From: an uncultured Gemmatimonadales bacterium
Lineage (GTDB): Bacteria; Gemmatimonadota; Gemmatimonadetes; Longimicrobiales; RSA9
Assembly: GCA_963798845.1 (NCBI GenBank)
Contig: CAWCUS010000002.1
Span: 224,001-288,000, forward strand
DNA: 64,000 nucleotides
Direction of reading: 5' to 3'
Shown here: positions 49,400 to 61,634 of the stretch, one piece after another
How positions within the stretch are numbered: the stretch's first letter is position 1
Layout: the number at the start of each line of letters is the position of its first letter
Position numbers and translations under genes: made by a program
Notes under the pieces: generated by a model
The model's database searches: none
Seen by the model: only the letters and a program-made list of their open reading frames with translations
What the model was told of the DNA's origin: nothing

Positions 49400-49680
49400 T
49401 CGGGTATCTCCGTGACGTACTCCCCGGCCCTCGCCGCCGGCCCGCTCGACGGCCGCCTCCTCACGGGCGGCTGGGAGGCCATGGCGGTGCAGGTGTTCTA
49501 CCCGGACGACTACAATGGCGCCTACCGACCCGTACTACGCGGGCGAGGTGGCCTACGGCGACCGCGCCGAGCACTGCTGGAACGGGGACCCGACGCGGCC
49601 CAACGCGCTGTCCCGGCTGCGCTACATCCGAGATGTTCGCGCCGCGCATCATGGAGCGGATCCGGGCGAGCGGGCACTGA
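49400..49680 (+). pseudogene. Collapsed remnant of an esterase-like alpha/beta-hydrolase gene
   Basis: Protein-like pieces in different frames: ISVTYSPALAAGPLDGRLL / TGGWEAMAVQVFYPDDYNGA / DPYYAGEVAYGDRAEHCWNGDPTRPNALSRLRY / MFAPRIMERI. Confidence 0.6.
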
Positions 49681-51136
49681 GTCCGTGGCCCGTTTCCCGG
49701 AGCCCCGCGAGCAGCGCGTCCAGGTGCGCCTCGCGGGTGGCCGGGTTCATGAGCGTGACCCGCAGCACCCGCCGGCCGCCCAGGACGGTGGCCGTGATCC
49801 AGCCGCGCCCCGAGGCGTTGTACGCTTCCCGCAGCGCTTTCTGGTATTCGTCGACCCTCGCCGCGTCCCCCGCGGCCTCGGCTTCCCGGAGCTCGGGCGG
49901 GAGGTGGCGGAAGCAGAGGATGTTGGTCTGCGGGACGTGGGCGGGCTCGAAGTCGCCTGCCGCCGAGAGCTTCCGGTGCAGCAGCGCCGCGTTTTCCACC
50001 GTGCGCTCCTGGAGCCGCGCGAAGTGGTCGAGGCCGTGGTGCTGGAGCGCGACCCAGAGCTTCAGGGCGTCGAAGCGTTTGGAGCATTGAAGCGTGCGCT
50101 GCCCGATGTCTCGAGCCCGTGTCTCGCCGGGGCGGGGGTGGAACAGGTACGGCGCGCTCTGGCGGAAGGCCGCATCCAGGTGGCGACGGTCCCGGACCAG
50201 GATCGCGCTCGCGGAGATGGGCATGAACATCATCTTGTGCGGGTCCCAGGCGACGGAGTCCGCGCGCTCGATCCCCCGCAGCCGCCCGCGCAGCCGCTCA
50301 CTGGCCAGCAGCGACGCGCCGTGGGCGCCGTCCACGTGGAGCCAGACGCCCCGGTCCGCAGCCACGGCCGCCACGGCGTCGAGGTCATCGACCAGCCCCG
50401 TCGCCGTGCTCCCCGCGGTGGCGACGATCGCCATGGGGATGCGGCCATCGGCGCGGGCGGCGCCGACGGCTTTGGCGAGCGCGTCGGGGTCCAGCCGGAA
50501 GTCGCGCTCGGCCACGGCCTCCACCGCGCCGGCGCCCAGACCCATGACGCCGACCGCCCGCTCCACGGAGTAATGGGCGTGGTCGGCGACGAACACGACC
50601 GCGCGGTCCAGGCCTTCGCGGCCCGCGACGCCGCGCTCCCACGCTCCCGGGAACGCCGCTTCCCTCGCCGCCAGCAGACCCGTCAGGTTCGCCGCGCTGC
50701 CACCCGATACCAGCGTGCCGTCGCTCTCCGCCGGGAACGCCAGCAGCTCCCGCATCCAGGCGATCACCCGCTGCTCGACGAAGGTCCCGGTGGGCGACAT
50801 CTCCCACACGGCCGTGGACTGGTTCAGCAGGCTGGCCACGGCATCCGCGAGCACCGCCTCGGGAAGGGGGGGCGCCACCTGGTGGCCCATGTACATCGGG
50901 TGCGCCAGGTGGATCGCGTCGCCGACGACCCGGTCGAAGACGTCGTCCCACACCTCTTCGGCAGGCCGGCCCAGTCGAGGAAGCGGGTCCTCGAAGACCG
51001 CCTCCATCGCTGACGGGTCGCGCCGGGTGGAGACCGGCCGCTCGTCCGCCGTCTCCAGGTAGTCCGCCATCCGCTCCACCAGCCGATGCCCCTGCTCACG
51101 CAGCGCCCGCGCCCGCTCCCCGTTCTGCTCCTCCAC
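49649..51136 (-). CDS. Group II PLP-dependent decarboxylase (aromatic amino acid/diaminobutyrate type)
   Basis: HPMYMGHQ, SGGSAANL, AHYSV, TAGST, LHVDGAHG, WDPHK (PLP Lys). Confidence 0.9.
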   Translation of the reverse strand: MEEQNGERARALREQGHRLVERMADYLETADERPVSTRRDPSAMEAVFEDPLPRLGRPAEEVWDDVFDRVVGDAIHLAHPMYMGHQVAPPLPEAVLADAVASLLNQSTAVWEMSPTGTFVEQRVIAWMRELLAFPAESDGTLVSGGSAANLTGLLAAREAAFPGAWERGVAGREGLDRAVVFVADHAHYSVERAVGVMGLGAGAVEAVAERDFRLDPDALAKAVGAARADGRIPMAIVATAGSTATGLVDDLDAVAAVAADRGVWLHVDGAHGASLLASERLRGRLRGIERADSVAWDPHKMMFMPISASAILVRDRRHLDAAFRQSAPYLFHPRPGETRARDIGQRTLQCSKRFDALKLWVALQHHGLDHFARLQERTVENAALLHRKLSAAGDFEPAHVPQTNILCFRHLPPELREAEAAGDAARVDEYQKALREAYNASGRGWITATVLGGRRVLRVTLMNPATREAHLDALLAGLRETGHGLSARSPGSAP

Positions 51137-51220
51137 CGGCTCCCTCCCGTCGCTCCCGTGTGCGTCTGGCGTGCGCGCCCACGGGACCCGGGGCCCGCGG
51201 CGCCGGGGGAACTTACCCGA

Positions 51221-51261
51221 AAAAGTGAAAGGCCGCCTCCCGGATCGGGAGGGCGGCCCTT
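51221..51261 (-). terminator. Rho-independent terminator
   Basis: Minus strand GGCCGCCCTCCCGATCCGGGAGGCGGCC followed by TTTCACTTTT. Confidence 0.75.
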
Positions 51262-51284
51262 CGTCCGGCGGTTCGGCCGACCCG

Positions 51285-51470
51285 TCAGCCGGCGAACTCG
51301 GATGGGTACCCGGGAAGCCGGTTCTGGATGTCGTCGCAGGTTCCCTCGTACCCCTCCGGGTGGTACTGTAGGCAGTCGGAGCACGGCTCCCATGCCTCCT
51401 CCTCCCGCAGGGCCTTCTCGGCCCGGCGCCGCCAGTGCTTTTCCCGCTCGGTCAGCGTCGTCAATCCCAT
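51285..51470 (-). CDS. Small hypothetical protein (61 aa) with CxxC-x3-H-x7-C
   Basis: AAAGGA RBS, own terminator, EPCSDCLQYHPEGYEGTC. Confidence 0.65.
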   Translation of the reverse strand: MGLTTLTEREKHWRRRAEKALREEEAWEPCSDCLQYHPEGYEGTCDDIQNRLPGYPSEFAG

Positions 51471-51604
51471 CGCGTTCCTTTCGCTCGTGTCAGGTCGCTC
51501 GCGTATTCCGTATGCCCCAGCCCACGCAAGGGTCCATCCACGCGCCGGGTCGGGCATCGGCGTTCATGCCACCGCGGCCCGAGCGCGACCGCCGCGGGTC
51601 GCAG

Positions 51605-52300
51605 TCAGTCGCGCACGTCGCGCAGCTTCTGGCGAAGCTCACGGGTGACGGTGTCGGCGGAGTAGTCGCCCAGGCTGCCGAGGAGGCGCTCGTAGTCCTC
51701 GACGGAGAGGGTGCTGAGCGCGCCCGCCGTGACGGCGTCCGACGGGATGACCCCACCCCTCTGCATGTCGGGCGTAAGCTCGTCGTGGCCGTGCACATTC
51801 TCGTCCCAGATCTCGCGGCCGGTGGCTGCGTCCAGGAGCACCACCTCCGCGTTGACGAACAGGTACGCCTGGCCGCCGCGAGTGTCGATGCCGTAGGAGC
51901 GCAGGTCCACCTCCAGGAGGAAATCCCCGTCGCTCCGCTTCTCCACCGGCCGGGCGCCCAGATAGACCGCGGCCCGCTGCAGCGTTCGGTCCGCCATTCG
52001 CGACGCAAGGTCCAGGTGCGTCGCCGCGCTGTCCAGGCGCGCCCGCGCCCGCCTCGACTCGACCTCCCTGGCGATCGCCGAGCCGGCCTTCACCAGCGTG
52101 CCCACCGCGTCGTCGCCCGCGCCCAGCGGGATCCCGCCCGTCAGCAGCGCGGGCGCCGGGGCCGGGAAGAAGGTGACCGCCAGCGACCGGCCTGCGAAAT
52201 CGTATTCGCCGAGGTGGTGGTGGCCTCCGCACGCGGCGAGGCCAGCGGTGGTCAGGAGGGCGGCGGCGGCCGCGGTGGTCCGGCGTCGGGCTCTTCTCAT
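51605..52300 (-). CDS. Hypothetical lipoprotein
   Basis: MRRARRRTT...GLAAC lipobox; EVVLLDAATGREIW strand motif; GGAG RBS. Confidence 0.75.
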   Translation of the reverse strand: MRRARRRTTAAAAALLTTAGLAACGGHHHLGEYDFAGRSLAVTFFPAPAPALLTGGIPLGAGDDAVGTLVKAGSAIAREVESRRARARLDSAATHLDLASRMADRTLQRAAVYLGARPVEKRSDGDFLLEVDLRSYGIDTRGGQAYLFVNAEVVLLDAATGREIWDENVHGHDELTPDMQRGGVIPSDAVTAGALSTLSVEDYERLLGSLGDYSADTVTRELRQKLRDVRD

Positions 52301-52555
52301 CTTTGAATCTCCGTGGCGGCGGCCCGGCTGGAGCCGCATTCGATTCGGCCGCCCATGGGCGGGCGTGACCTCACGGGTATGTACTGCCGGGGCGACGGGG
52401 CGGTTCCGTGGATCATCCTTCGACCCCCGGCCGTCGACGCCCGGCCCGCCACCCCACCTTCCGGGACTCCCCCACACCGGATGGGGCGTTTGCCCGATTG
52501 CGCGGGCGCAGGGCAGGGCCGACCCTGGACGGTGAACCTGCCATCGGAGGGGGCC

Positions 52556-53029
52556 ATGCCCGTTTTCACCCTGACCGTGAACGGCCAGCGTCGCACCGTG
52601 GACGTGCCCGGAGACACGCCGCTGCTCTGGGTGCTTCGCGACGACCTGGGGCTCAAGGGAACCAAGTACTCGTGCGGCGTGGCCGTGTGCGGCGCGTGCA
52701 CGGTCAGCCTGGACGGGATGGCGACGCGCGCCTGCGTGACGCCCATCAGCGTGGCGGCGAACCGGGAGGTCCGCACGATCGAGGGGGCGGCGGGCGACCC
52801 GGTGCTGGAGGCGCTTCAGCGGGCGTGGGTGGAGGAGGAGGTGCCGCAGTGCGGCTATTGCACCCCCGGGATGCTGATGCAGGCGGCGTCGCTCCTGGCA
52901 AGGACGCCCGACCCGACGGACGAAGAGATCGACCGCTGGATGGCCGGCAATCTCTGCCGCTGCGGGACTTATCTGCGGGTGCGAAAGGCGATCCACCGGG
53001 TCGGACAGGAGGTGACCCATGCGCGCTGA
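52556..53029 (+). CDS. (2Fe-2S) subunit of an IorA/CoxS-type oxidoreductase
   Basis: [33 protein letters not shown]. Confidence 0.93.
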   Translation: MPVFTLTVNGQRRTVDVPGDTPLLWVLRDDLGLKGTKYSCGVAVCGACTVSLDGMATRACVTPISVAANREVRTIEGAAGDPVLEALQRAWVEEEVPQCGYCTPGMLMQAASLLARTPDPTDEEIDRWMAGNLCRCGTYLRVRKAIHRVGQEVTHAR

Positions 53030-55124
53030 TCCCGTGACGCGAAGAGACTTCCTGCTGACGGCAGGGAAGGGCGGCGCCGCGCTGGTCATCGCCGTCCACC
53101 TCCCGTTGACCGGCGACGCCGTCGACGGCGTGCGGGCGGACCCCACCTCCAGCGCGCCGCAGCCGCTGAGCCCCGCGGCGTGGGTGAGGATCGACCCCGA
53201 CGGCACGGTCTCGGTGGTGGTGGACGAGACGGAGATGGGGCAGGGGGTCATGACCACGCTCCCCATGATCGTGGCGGAGGAGATGGACGCCGACTGGAGC
53301 AAGGTGCGTCCACTGCCGATCCCGGAGAACCCTGCGGGCTGGGTGCGCGGGATATCGACGGGCGGGAGCACGAGCACCCGCACGGCGTGGGAGCCGCTGC
53401 GGAAGGCAGGCGCGGCGGGGCGTGAGATGCTGCGCAGGGCGGCCGCCGCAGAGTGGGGGGTGCCGCCGTCGCAGGTGCGGACGGAGAACGGCCAGGCCGT
53501 GAACGTGAAGGATGGGCGCCGGCTCGACTACGGTGCGCTGGTGGAGCACGCCCGCGGCCTGCCCGTGCCCCAGGACCCGCCGCTCAAGGACCCTCGCGAC
53601 TTCACGATCGTGGGCCGGGGGAAGCCCCGCCTCGACGTCCCGGGCAAGGTGGACGGGAGCGCCGTGTTCGGGATGGATACGGCGCTGCCGGACATGCTGG
53701 TGGCGGTGGTCGCGCGGCCGCCCGCGTTCGGCGCCACGCTACGCGGCCACGACGACGCCGCGGCGCGGCGCGTCCCGGGCGTGGTGGACGTGTTGGAAGT
53801 GCCGCAGGGCGTGGCCGTGGTCGCCCGTACCACGTGGGCGGCTCTGAAGGGACGGTCCGCGCTGTCGCTCGACTGGGACACGTCTCCGGCCCGGGGCCTG
53901 TCCAGCGAATCGCTGTTCGCCGAGCTCGAAGCCCTCGCCGCCTCGCCGGGCACGACGGTCCGCCAGGACGGAGACGCGGACGGCGCGCTCGCCGCCGCCG
54001 CCCGCATCGTGGAGGCCGACTACCGGCTCCCGTTCATCGACCACGCCCCCATGGAGCCGATGAACGCCGCCGCCCACGTGCGCGACGGCCGGGTGGAAGT
54101 GTGGGTGCCCACGCAGGTGGCGACGGCGTCGCAGCAGGCGGCGGCACGCGTCGCCGGCGTTCCGGTGGCGAACGTGGCCATGCATGTGCCGCTGGTCGGC
54201 GGCGCCTTCGGCCGACGTCTCCAGACCGATGACGTGGAGCTGGCCGTGGAAGTGGCCATGCGCGTGGACGGCCCGGTTCAGGTCGTGTGGACGCGCGAGG
54301 ACTCGATCCGGAACGGTGCCTACCGACCGCTGACGTACCACCGGCTGCGGGCGGGCCTCGATGTCAGGGGCGACCCGGTGGCGTGGACGCACCGCGTGCT
54401 CGGAGCGGGGCCCGAGGGGCTGGTGGTGCCCGGCGTGGAGTCGCCGCCGTACCGGTTCCCGGCCTCGAGGGCGGACTACCACGTGAAGGAAACGCCCGTG
54501 CCCACGGGCGCTTGGCGCTCGGTCACCTACACGCATTTCGGCTTCGTGATCGAGAGCTTCATGGACGAGCTGGCGCACGCGGCCGGGCGGGACCCGTACC
54601 GATTCCGACGGGAGCTCATGACCGAGCCGAAGCTGCGCGACGCGCTGGACCTCGCCGCCAGCAAGGCGGGATGGGGCAGTACGGCAAAAGGACGGGGCCT
54701 CGGCATCGCCGCCGTGTCCTCCTTCCGCTCGCACGTAGCCGAAGTGGCGGAGGTCTCCGTGGAGGACGGACACGTCCGGGTCCACCGTGTGGTGTGCGCG
54801 GTCCACTGCGGCCAGGTGGTGAATCCGCGGCCGCTGCACGAGCAGGTGGAGGGCGCCATCGCCCTGGCTCTCGGCTTCACCCTGAAGCACGAGATCACGC
54901 TGCGGGACGGCGCCGTCGAGCAGGGGAACTTCACCGATTATCCGATCCTCCGGATGGACGAGATGCCCGAGGTGGAGGTGCACGTGGTTCCCAGCACGGA
55001 CCCGCCCACCGGGATCGGGGAGCCGCCCGTGCCGCCACTCGCCGCGGCCGTGGCGAACGCGATATTCGCGGCTACCGGGAAGCGCGTGCGCCGGCTCCCG
55101 ATCCGGATGGAGGAGGTGGTCTAG
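53019..55124 (+). CDS. Molybdopterin subunit, xanthine dehydrogenase family (IorB-like), Tat signal
   Basis: [46 protein letters not shown]. Confidence 0.92.
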   Translation: MRADPVTRRDFLLTAGKGGAALVIAVHLPLTGDAVDGVRADPTSSAPQPLSPAAWVRIDPDGTVSVVVDETEMGQGVMTTLPMIVAEEMDADWSKVRPLPIPENPAGWVRGISTGGSTSTRTAWEPLRKAGAAGREMLRRAAAAEWGVPPSQVRTENGQAVNVKDGRRLDYGALVEHARGLPVPQDPPLKDPRDFTIVGRGKPRLDVPGKVDGSAVFGMDTALPDMLVAVVARPPAFGATLRGHDDAAARRVPGVVDVLEVPQGVAVVARTTWAALKGRSALSLDWDTSPARGLSSESLFAELEALAASPGTTVRQDGDADGALAAAARIVEADYRLPFIDHAPMEPMNAAAHVRDGRVEVWVPTQVATASQQAAARVAGVPVANVAMHVPLVGGAFGRRLQTDDVELAVEVAMRVDGPVQVVWTREDSIRNGAYRPLTYHRLRAGLDVRGDPVAWTHRVLGAGPEGLVVPGVESPPYRFPASRADYHVKETPVPTGAWRSVTYTHFGFVIESFMDELAHAAGRDPYRFRRELMTEPKLRDALDLAASKAGWGSTAKGRGLGIAAVSSFRSHVAEVAEVSVEDGHVRVHRVVCAVHCGQVVNPRPLHEQVEGAIALALGFTLKHEITLRDGAVEQGNFTDYPILRMDEMPEVEVHVVPSTDPPTGIGEPPVPPLAAAVANAIFAATGKRVRRLPIRMEEVV

Positions 55125-55174
55125 CGTTGCAGGACGGGCGGGGCGGACCCTGCGACCGACTCCGCCCTGGCGGG

Positions 55175-58153
55175 CTACCGGCCGTTCACCATCGGCTTTC
55201 TCACGACGCCCCGGTGCTCGTGCCCGACCATGATGATCTCGACCTCGTCGTCGAAGCGGAGGTGGCGGACGCACCCCTCCGCGCCCGCCTGCTCCTGCTC
55301 CGCAAGCCACTTCCAGTCCACGAACCCTTCGCCCCGCAGCTCGTTGACCGTGAAGTAACCGACGTTGCACGAGGCCAGGTTCTGGAAGAAGTGCGTGCCC
55401 TGCGAGGGTGTGATCCGCACGTCGGGGAGGCCCGCCTCGACGATGGCGACCGCGCCGGAGATGTCGTCCCAGTTCACGGGGATGCCGAGCTCGGGGTGGC
55501 TTGAGCCCCAGCGGCCCACGCCGAGGAGGACGTAGGGACGGCCCTTCGCGACGAGCCGTGCGTTCAGCCGCCCGACCGCGCGGGCTGTCTCGCGGCTCGC
55601 GCCGCGATCGAAGCACGACGGGTCGATGACGAGGAGATCCTGGACGTTCTCGAGGCGTCCGTTCCCCAGCACCCACGGGCTCTCGCAGATGAGGCCGCCG
55701 CGGTCGAGGTCGCCGATCTCCAGGTCGTCGAGCTCGCGGCTGGGGGCGAGGGGCCGGAGCTGCAGGAATCCGAGCTCCTGCGGCTCGTCGGCGGAAGCGG
55801 AGAGATCGACAGCGAACTCGATCTCAACGGGCGAGCTGGTTCCGGCCGCGCCAATGTCGAGGAGCTCCCCCACGATCTCGGCGAGGGGAAAGACGCGGTT
55901 CTTGAGGATCGGCGCGAACGTGACCAGGCGGATGCCGTCGCGGGCGACGCCGTCGTACACCGCGTGATTCTCGGGCGAGTACGTCGAGCCGAGAGGTCCG
56001 AGCACGCCGTGTCGCTCCGCGTCCTCTACGCTGAGGCGCTGGAGCTGATCGCGTACCGCCACGCCGTGGCCGTCGGGGTTCAGCTCGAGCGCCCAGAACT
56101 CTCGCTGGGAGTTCTTGAGCATGTCCTCCACGCTCGAGAACTCGACGATGTGGCGCGGGTGCGCGGGGGAGAAGCGCAGGCACGGCTCCCCCTCCACCAC
56201 GGTGCGGCCGAACCCCAGCGCCACGGCGACGATGCCGTCCTCGGGGGCGAGCGGCGCGGTGGGGTAGAAGTTGTACGACCGGGCCACACCCGCGAAGTCG
56301 GGATAGAACCAGTTGTCGTGGCGCCGCCCCACCACCTTCTGGATCACCACGGCCATCTGCTCTTCTTCCAGCCGGTACGGGGTGGCTCGGAGGAAAGCCT
56401 TGGTTCGCTGCGAGAAGGTGGACGCGTAGACGCGCGTGATGGCGGCCACGAGGCGATCCACCCGAACCTCGAGGTCCGGGTGGTCGTTGGGCAGCATCAG
56501 CGTCTCGAAGATCCCGGCGAACGGCTGGTGCGGCGAGTCCTCGAGCAGGCTCGAGGAGCGCACGGCCAGCGGAGCCCGCATCATCTGCAGGAACTGCCGG
56601 AGCTGCCCGCGTACCCCGCCCGGGAATGCGGCCCGGTCGAAGCGGCGGAAGATCTCCTCGTCGCTGTCGCTGCGGAGCGACAGCTCGCGCAGGTCGTTGG
56701 CCTCGAGGAACTCCTCGAACACGTCCGTCCCCAGAACCACGGCCGGCGGGACGGAGATGCGGATACCCGGGAAGCGCTCGGCGATCCGGTAGCGGTCGAG
56801 GAGGCGGATGGCGAAGGCGAGGCCGCGCGCTTTCCCGCCGAGCGAGCCGCCGCCGATCCGGGCGATCCCCATGGTCGGGTCGAACGTGGCGGGGTCGAAG
56901 TCGGCCACCGTGCCGCGGTTCCGCTCGCGCCGGTATTCGTCGATGGAACGGACCAGGCTGAGGCGAACGTGCTCCAGCGAAGGAAAGTCGGTCACCTTGC
57001 GACGGCGCAGCTTTTCCGCCGGCTCGAACTCCGCCCTCGCCCGCAGCCAGCTCGAGAAATCGTTGCGGGCGCCGTGGAAGGCGATGCTCTCCGCCGGAAC
57101 CGTGCGCAGCCGCTCCACCAGCTCCTTCAGGTTCCTTGCGCGATCGATCGCCTCGCCCGTGGGCAGGCGGAAGACGAAGTCGCCGAAGAAGAACTCCTCC
57201 ATCAGGAGGTCGCGCAGGCGCGCGAGCATGTCGGGCGACCCCTTCTGGAGGAAGCTCGCCCCGATCTCCCGTGCCAGCCGCTGGTTCCCCGGGTGGCTCG
57301 ACTGGAGCGCGATGGGGACGTCGGGGCGCGCCTCGCGGATGCGCCCCGCCAGCGCGATGCCCGCGTTCTGGTCCAGCTGGCCCTGGCGCGGGAACTCGAT
57401 GTCCGTGATCACGCCCAGGATGTTCTCCTGGTAGCGCGTGAACATGGACCAGGCGTCCTCGAAGCGCGTGGCCAGCAGGATCTTGGGCCGGGCGCGCATC
57501 CGAAGCAGCTTCTGCGAAAGGTTCAGCCCTTCCGAGATGACGCCCTGGCTGTGCTTCATCACCTCGGTGAAGATCACCGGGAGGAACGAGGAGTAGTGCC
57601 GGACGTTGTCCTCCACCACCAGCAGCACGGGTACGCCGGCCCGGGAGTCGTGCTCCACGTTCAGCTTGTCCTCGATGTACTTCACGATGGCCAGGAGGAT
57701 GCGGACGTCGCCCTGCCAGAGGAAGCTGCGCTCGATCTCGGACATGTCGTGGCGGGTGCGGAACTCCTTCAGCTCGCGGTAATCGTAGGCGAGGAGGCAG
57801 ATGGGGAGCCGCACGCCGGCGTTGCGGGCGCGCCGGGCCAGCTCGACGGCGTTCATGTCGCCCACGTCGAGGGCGGTGAGGATGAGGTCGAAGCGGTTCG
57901 GCTCGCGGGCGAGCTGGAGCGCTTCCTCGCCCGTGGAGACGTGGGTGAGCCGCGGCGCCTGGCTCAGATTGACGTCGAGGAACTTCGTGAGCAGGAGCTC
58001 GTTCAGCTGGCCGTCCTCGGCCATGATGAACGACTCGTAGAGGCTGGAGACGATGAGCACGTTGCGGACCTGCTCCCGCATCAGCTCCTGGAACCCGCCC
58101 GCGCCACTGCCGTGCCATTCCGCGTGGTCGAACGGGGTCAGGTTCGAGTTCAT
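55175..58153 (-). CDS. Receiver-like domains fused to a PEP-synthase/PPDK N-terminal ATP-grasp domain
   Basis: VLIVSSLY, LLVVEDN, GSLGGKARGLAF, AVRSSSLLED, FAGVARS, EIEFAV, LQLRP, SQGTHFFQNL. Confidence 0.85.
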   Translation of the reverse strand: MNSNLTPFDHAEWHGSGAGGFQELMREQVRNVLIVSSLYESFIMAEDGQLNELLLTKFLDVNLSQAPRLTHVSTGEEALQLAREPNRFDLILTALDVGDMNAVELARRARNAGVRLPICLLAYDYRELKEFRTRHDMSEIERSFLWQGDVRILLAIVKYIEDKLNVEHDSRAGVPVLLVVEDNVRHYSSFLPVIFTEVMKHSQGVISEGLNLSQKLLRMRARPKILLATRFEDAWSMFTRYQENILGVITDIEFPRQGQLDQNAGIALAGRIREARPDVPIALQSSHPGNQRLAREIGASFLQKGSPDMLARLRDLLMEEFFFGDFVFRLPTGEAIDRARNLKELVERLRTVPAESIAFHGARNDFSSWLRARAEFEPAEKLRRRKVTDFPSLEHVRLSLVRSIDEYRRERNRGTVADFDPATFDPTMGIARIGGGSLGGKARGLAFAIRLLDRYRIAERFPGIRISVPPAVVLGTDVFEEFLEANDLRELSLRSDSDEEIFRRFDRAAFPGGVRGQLRQFLQMMRAPLAVRSSSLLEDSPHQPFAGIFETLMLPNDHPDLEVRVDRLVAAITRVYASTFSQRTKAFLRATPYRLEEEQMAVVIQKVVGRRHDNWFYPDFAGVARSYNFYPTAPLAPEDGIVAVALGFGRTVVEGEPCLRFSPAHPRHIVEFSSVEDMLKNSQREFWALELNPDGHGVAVRDQLQRLSVEDAERHGVLGPLGSTYSPENHAVYDGVARDGIRLVTFAPILKNRVFPLAEIVGELLDIGAAGTSSPVEIEFAVDLSASADEPQELGFLQLRPLAPSRELDDLEIGDLDRGGLICESPWVLGNGRLENVQDLLVIDPSCFDRGASRETARAVGRLNARLVAKGRPYVLLGVGRWGSSHPELGIPVNWDDISGAVAIVEAGLPDVRITPSQGTHFFQNLASCNVGYFTVNELRGEGFVDWKWLAEQEQAGAEGCVRHLRFDDEVEIIMVGHEHRGVVRKPMVNGR

Positions 58154-58262
58154 GCGCCTCCTGTGATGTCTCGGACGACGGTCGCGAAGGCGACCTCGCC
58201 CGGGGCGACGGGCGACGCGAGGCCCGCGCGCGCGGGCCCCGCACCGTCATCCGGGGGAAGGA

Positions 58263-59636
<1,374 letters not shown>

Positions 59637-60080
59637 TCAGGCCGCGGCGGACGCCGTCGCGGTCATCCCTGGTTGTGGTGTGTAGGAACTGCGGGGATGC
59701 TGCGGGGTGAGCCAACCCGTGGGGGCGCGGAGAGCCCACCGGTTGAGGCCGTCCGGGTGGACGGCGTCGGCTGTCGTCGCCGACCTGATGGCCACCGCGC
59801 GACGGCGGTGGGGTGCTGCTCGTCGCATCAACGCGTTTCGAGTCCAGCGGGTTGCCCCTCGCGGGCGGCAGGACGCGCGCCCGCGAGTGGGTCACAACGT
59901 GGAGGGGGAGGTGTTTGTTGGCAAGGGTGACCGGGCGGCGTACTCCGGCAACGACCCGGGCCCCGCCGTCACCGTGATCTGCGCGGACACGAGGGCGGTG
60001 GCAATCCTGCGGCGGCGCGGGGCACCCTGTACCTTGTCAACGCAGCAGCGCGATCGGAGCCAGGATGCTGGAGTGAGCGC

Positions 60081-61634
60081 ATGAACCGGGACCGCATGGT
60101 GGCGCGCCTGGACGAGGGCGAGCCGTGGGACTTCATCGTGGTGGGCGGCGGCGCGACGGGCCTCGGGGTGGCCATTGACGCCGCGTCTCGCGGATACCGC
60201 ACGCTCCTCCTGGAGCAGAGCGATTTCGCCAAGGGGACGTCGAGCCGCAGCACCAAGCTGGTGCACGGGGGCGTGCGTTACCTCCAGCAGGGAAACGTCG
60301 CCCTGGTGATCGAGGCGCTCAAGGAGCGCGGGCTGCTCCTGGCCAATGCGCCCCACCTGGTTCGGAACCTGTCGTTCGTGGTCCCGAATTACGAGTGGTG
60401 GGAAGGCCCATTCTACGGCATCGGCCTGAAGATGTACGACCTCCTGGCCGGGAAGCAGGGCTTCGGCCGCTCCCGCCGCCTCTCCCGCGAGCGCACGCTC
60501 CAGCTCCTGCCCACCCTGGAGCGCGAGGGGCTGAACGGGGGCGTCATCTACTACGACGGCCAGTTCGACGACGCCCGCCTCGCCATCAACATGGCCCAGA
60601 CCGCCGCCGAGCAGGGCGCGGCGCTGGTCAACTACATGCGCGTCACGGCGCTCATCCACGAGGCCGGCGAGGTGGCGGGCGTCCGGGCGCGCGACGAGGA
60701 GACAGGTGAGGAGCGCGAGCTCCGCGCCGGCGTCGTGGTGAGCGCGGCCGGAGCGTGGACGGACGAGGTCCGCCGCATGGACGACCCCGGGGCGCACCAC
60801 ATGATCCGCCCCAGCCAGGGAATCCACCTCGTCCTGCCGCGCGACTTCCTCCCCGGCGAGAGCGCCATCATGGTGCCGAAGACCGACGACGGTCGCGTCC
60901 TCTTCGCCATCCCGTGGCTCGACCGCGTGATCGTCGGGACCACCGACACGCCCGTGCCCGGGCCGTCGCTCGACCCGGTGCCAATGGAGGAGGAGATCGC
61001 CTTCCTCCTCGAGCACGCCGGCCGCTACCTCGACCGCGATCCCGAACGCGCGGACATCCTCAGCATCTTCGCAGGGCTGCGCCCGCTCGTCGGGAGCGAC
61101 GACCACGACAGCACCGCCTCCCTCTCCCGCGACCACACCCTCCTCATCTCGGACTCCGGCCTCGTCACCATAGCCGGCGGGAAGTGGACCACCTACCGGC
61201 GCATGGCCGAGGACACCGTCGACCAGGCCGCCACCCTCGCCGGCCTCGACGACCGCCCATGCGTCACCCGCGGACTCCGCATCCACGGATATCACGCCCA
61301 CGCCGAACGCTTCGCGGAGCTCGAGCACTATGGCTCCGACGCGCCCGCGCTCCGGGAGCTCATCGACGAGAAGCCCGCCTGGCAACAGATCATCCACCCG
61401 GCCTTCGACACCCGCGCCGGCCAGGTGGTCTGGGCCGCGCGCCACGAGATGGCGCGCACCGTCGAGGACGTCCTCTCGCGTCGCACGCGGGCACTCCTCC
61501 TCGACGCGCGCGCCGCCATCGAGGCCGCCCCCGGGGTGGCGGACCTCCTGGCCGAGGAGCTCCGTCGTGACACCGCATGGGCGGACCAGCAGGTCCGCGC
61601 CTTCAACGCCCTCGCCGCCACCTACCTCCCGTAG
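60081..61634 (+). CDS. glpD: FAD-dependent glycerol-3-phosphate dehydrogenase
   Basis: VGGGATG, GTSSRSTKLVHGGVRYL, YYDGQFDDAR, AGLRPL, GGKWTTYRRMAED. Confidence 0.93.
   Translation: MNRDRMVARLDEGEPWDFIVVGGGATGLGVAIDAASRGYRTLLLEQSDFAKGTSSRSTKLVHGGVRYLQQGNVALVIEALKERGLLLANAPHLVRNLSFVVPNYEWWEGPFYGIGLKMYDLLAGKQGFGRSRRLSRERTLQLLPTLEREGLNGGVIYYDGQFDDARLAINMAQTAAEQGAALVNYMRVTALIHEAGEVAGVRARDEETGEERELRAGVVVSAAGAWTDEVRRMDDPGAHHMIRPSQGIHLVLPRDFLPGESAIMVPKTDDGRVLFAIPWLDRVIVGTTDTPVPGPSLDPVPMEEEIAFLLEHAGRYLDRDPERADILSIFAGLRPLVGSDDHDSTASLSRDHTLLISDSGLVTIAGGKWTTYRRMAEDTVDQAATLAGLDDRPCVTRGLRIHGYHAHAERFAELEHYGSDAPALRELIDEKPAWQQIIHPAFDTRAGQVVWAARHEMARTVEDVLSRRTRALLLDARAAIEAAPGVADLLAEELRRDTAWADQQVRAFNALAATYLP

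Noticed and set aside
48817..49482. Repetitive ORFs across the 26-bp array
   Set aside because: They are translations of the DNA repeat (three units give 26 aa); no RBS or domain evidence.
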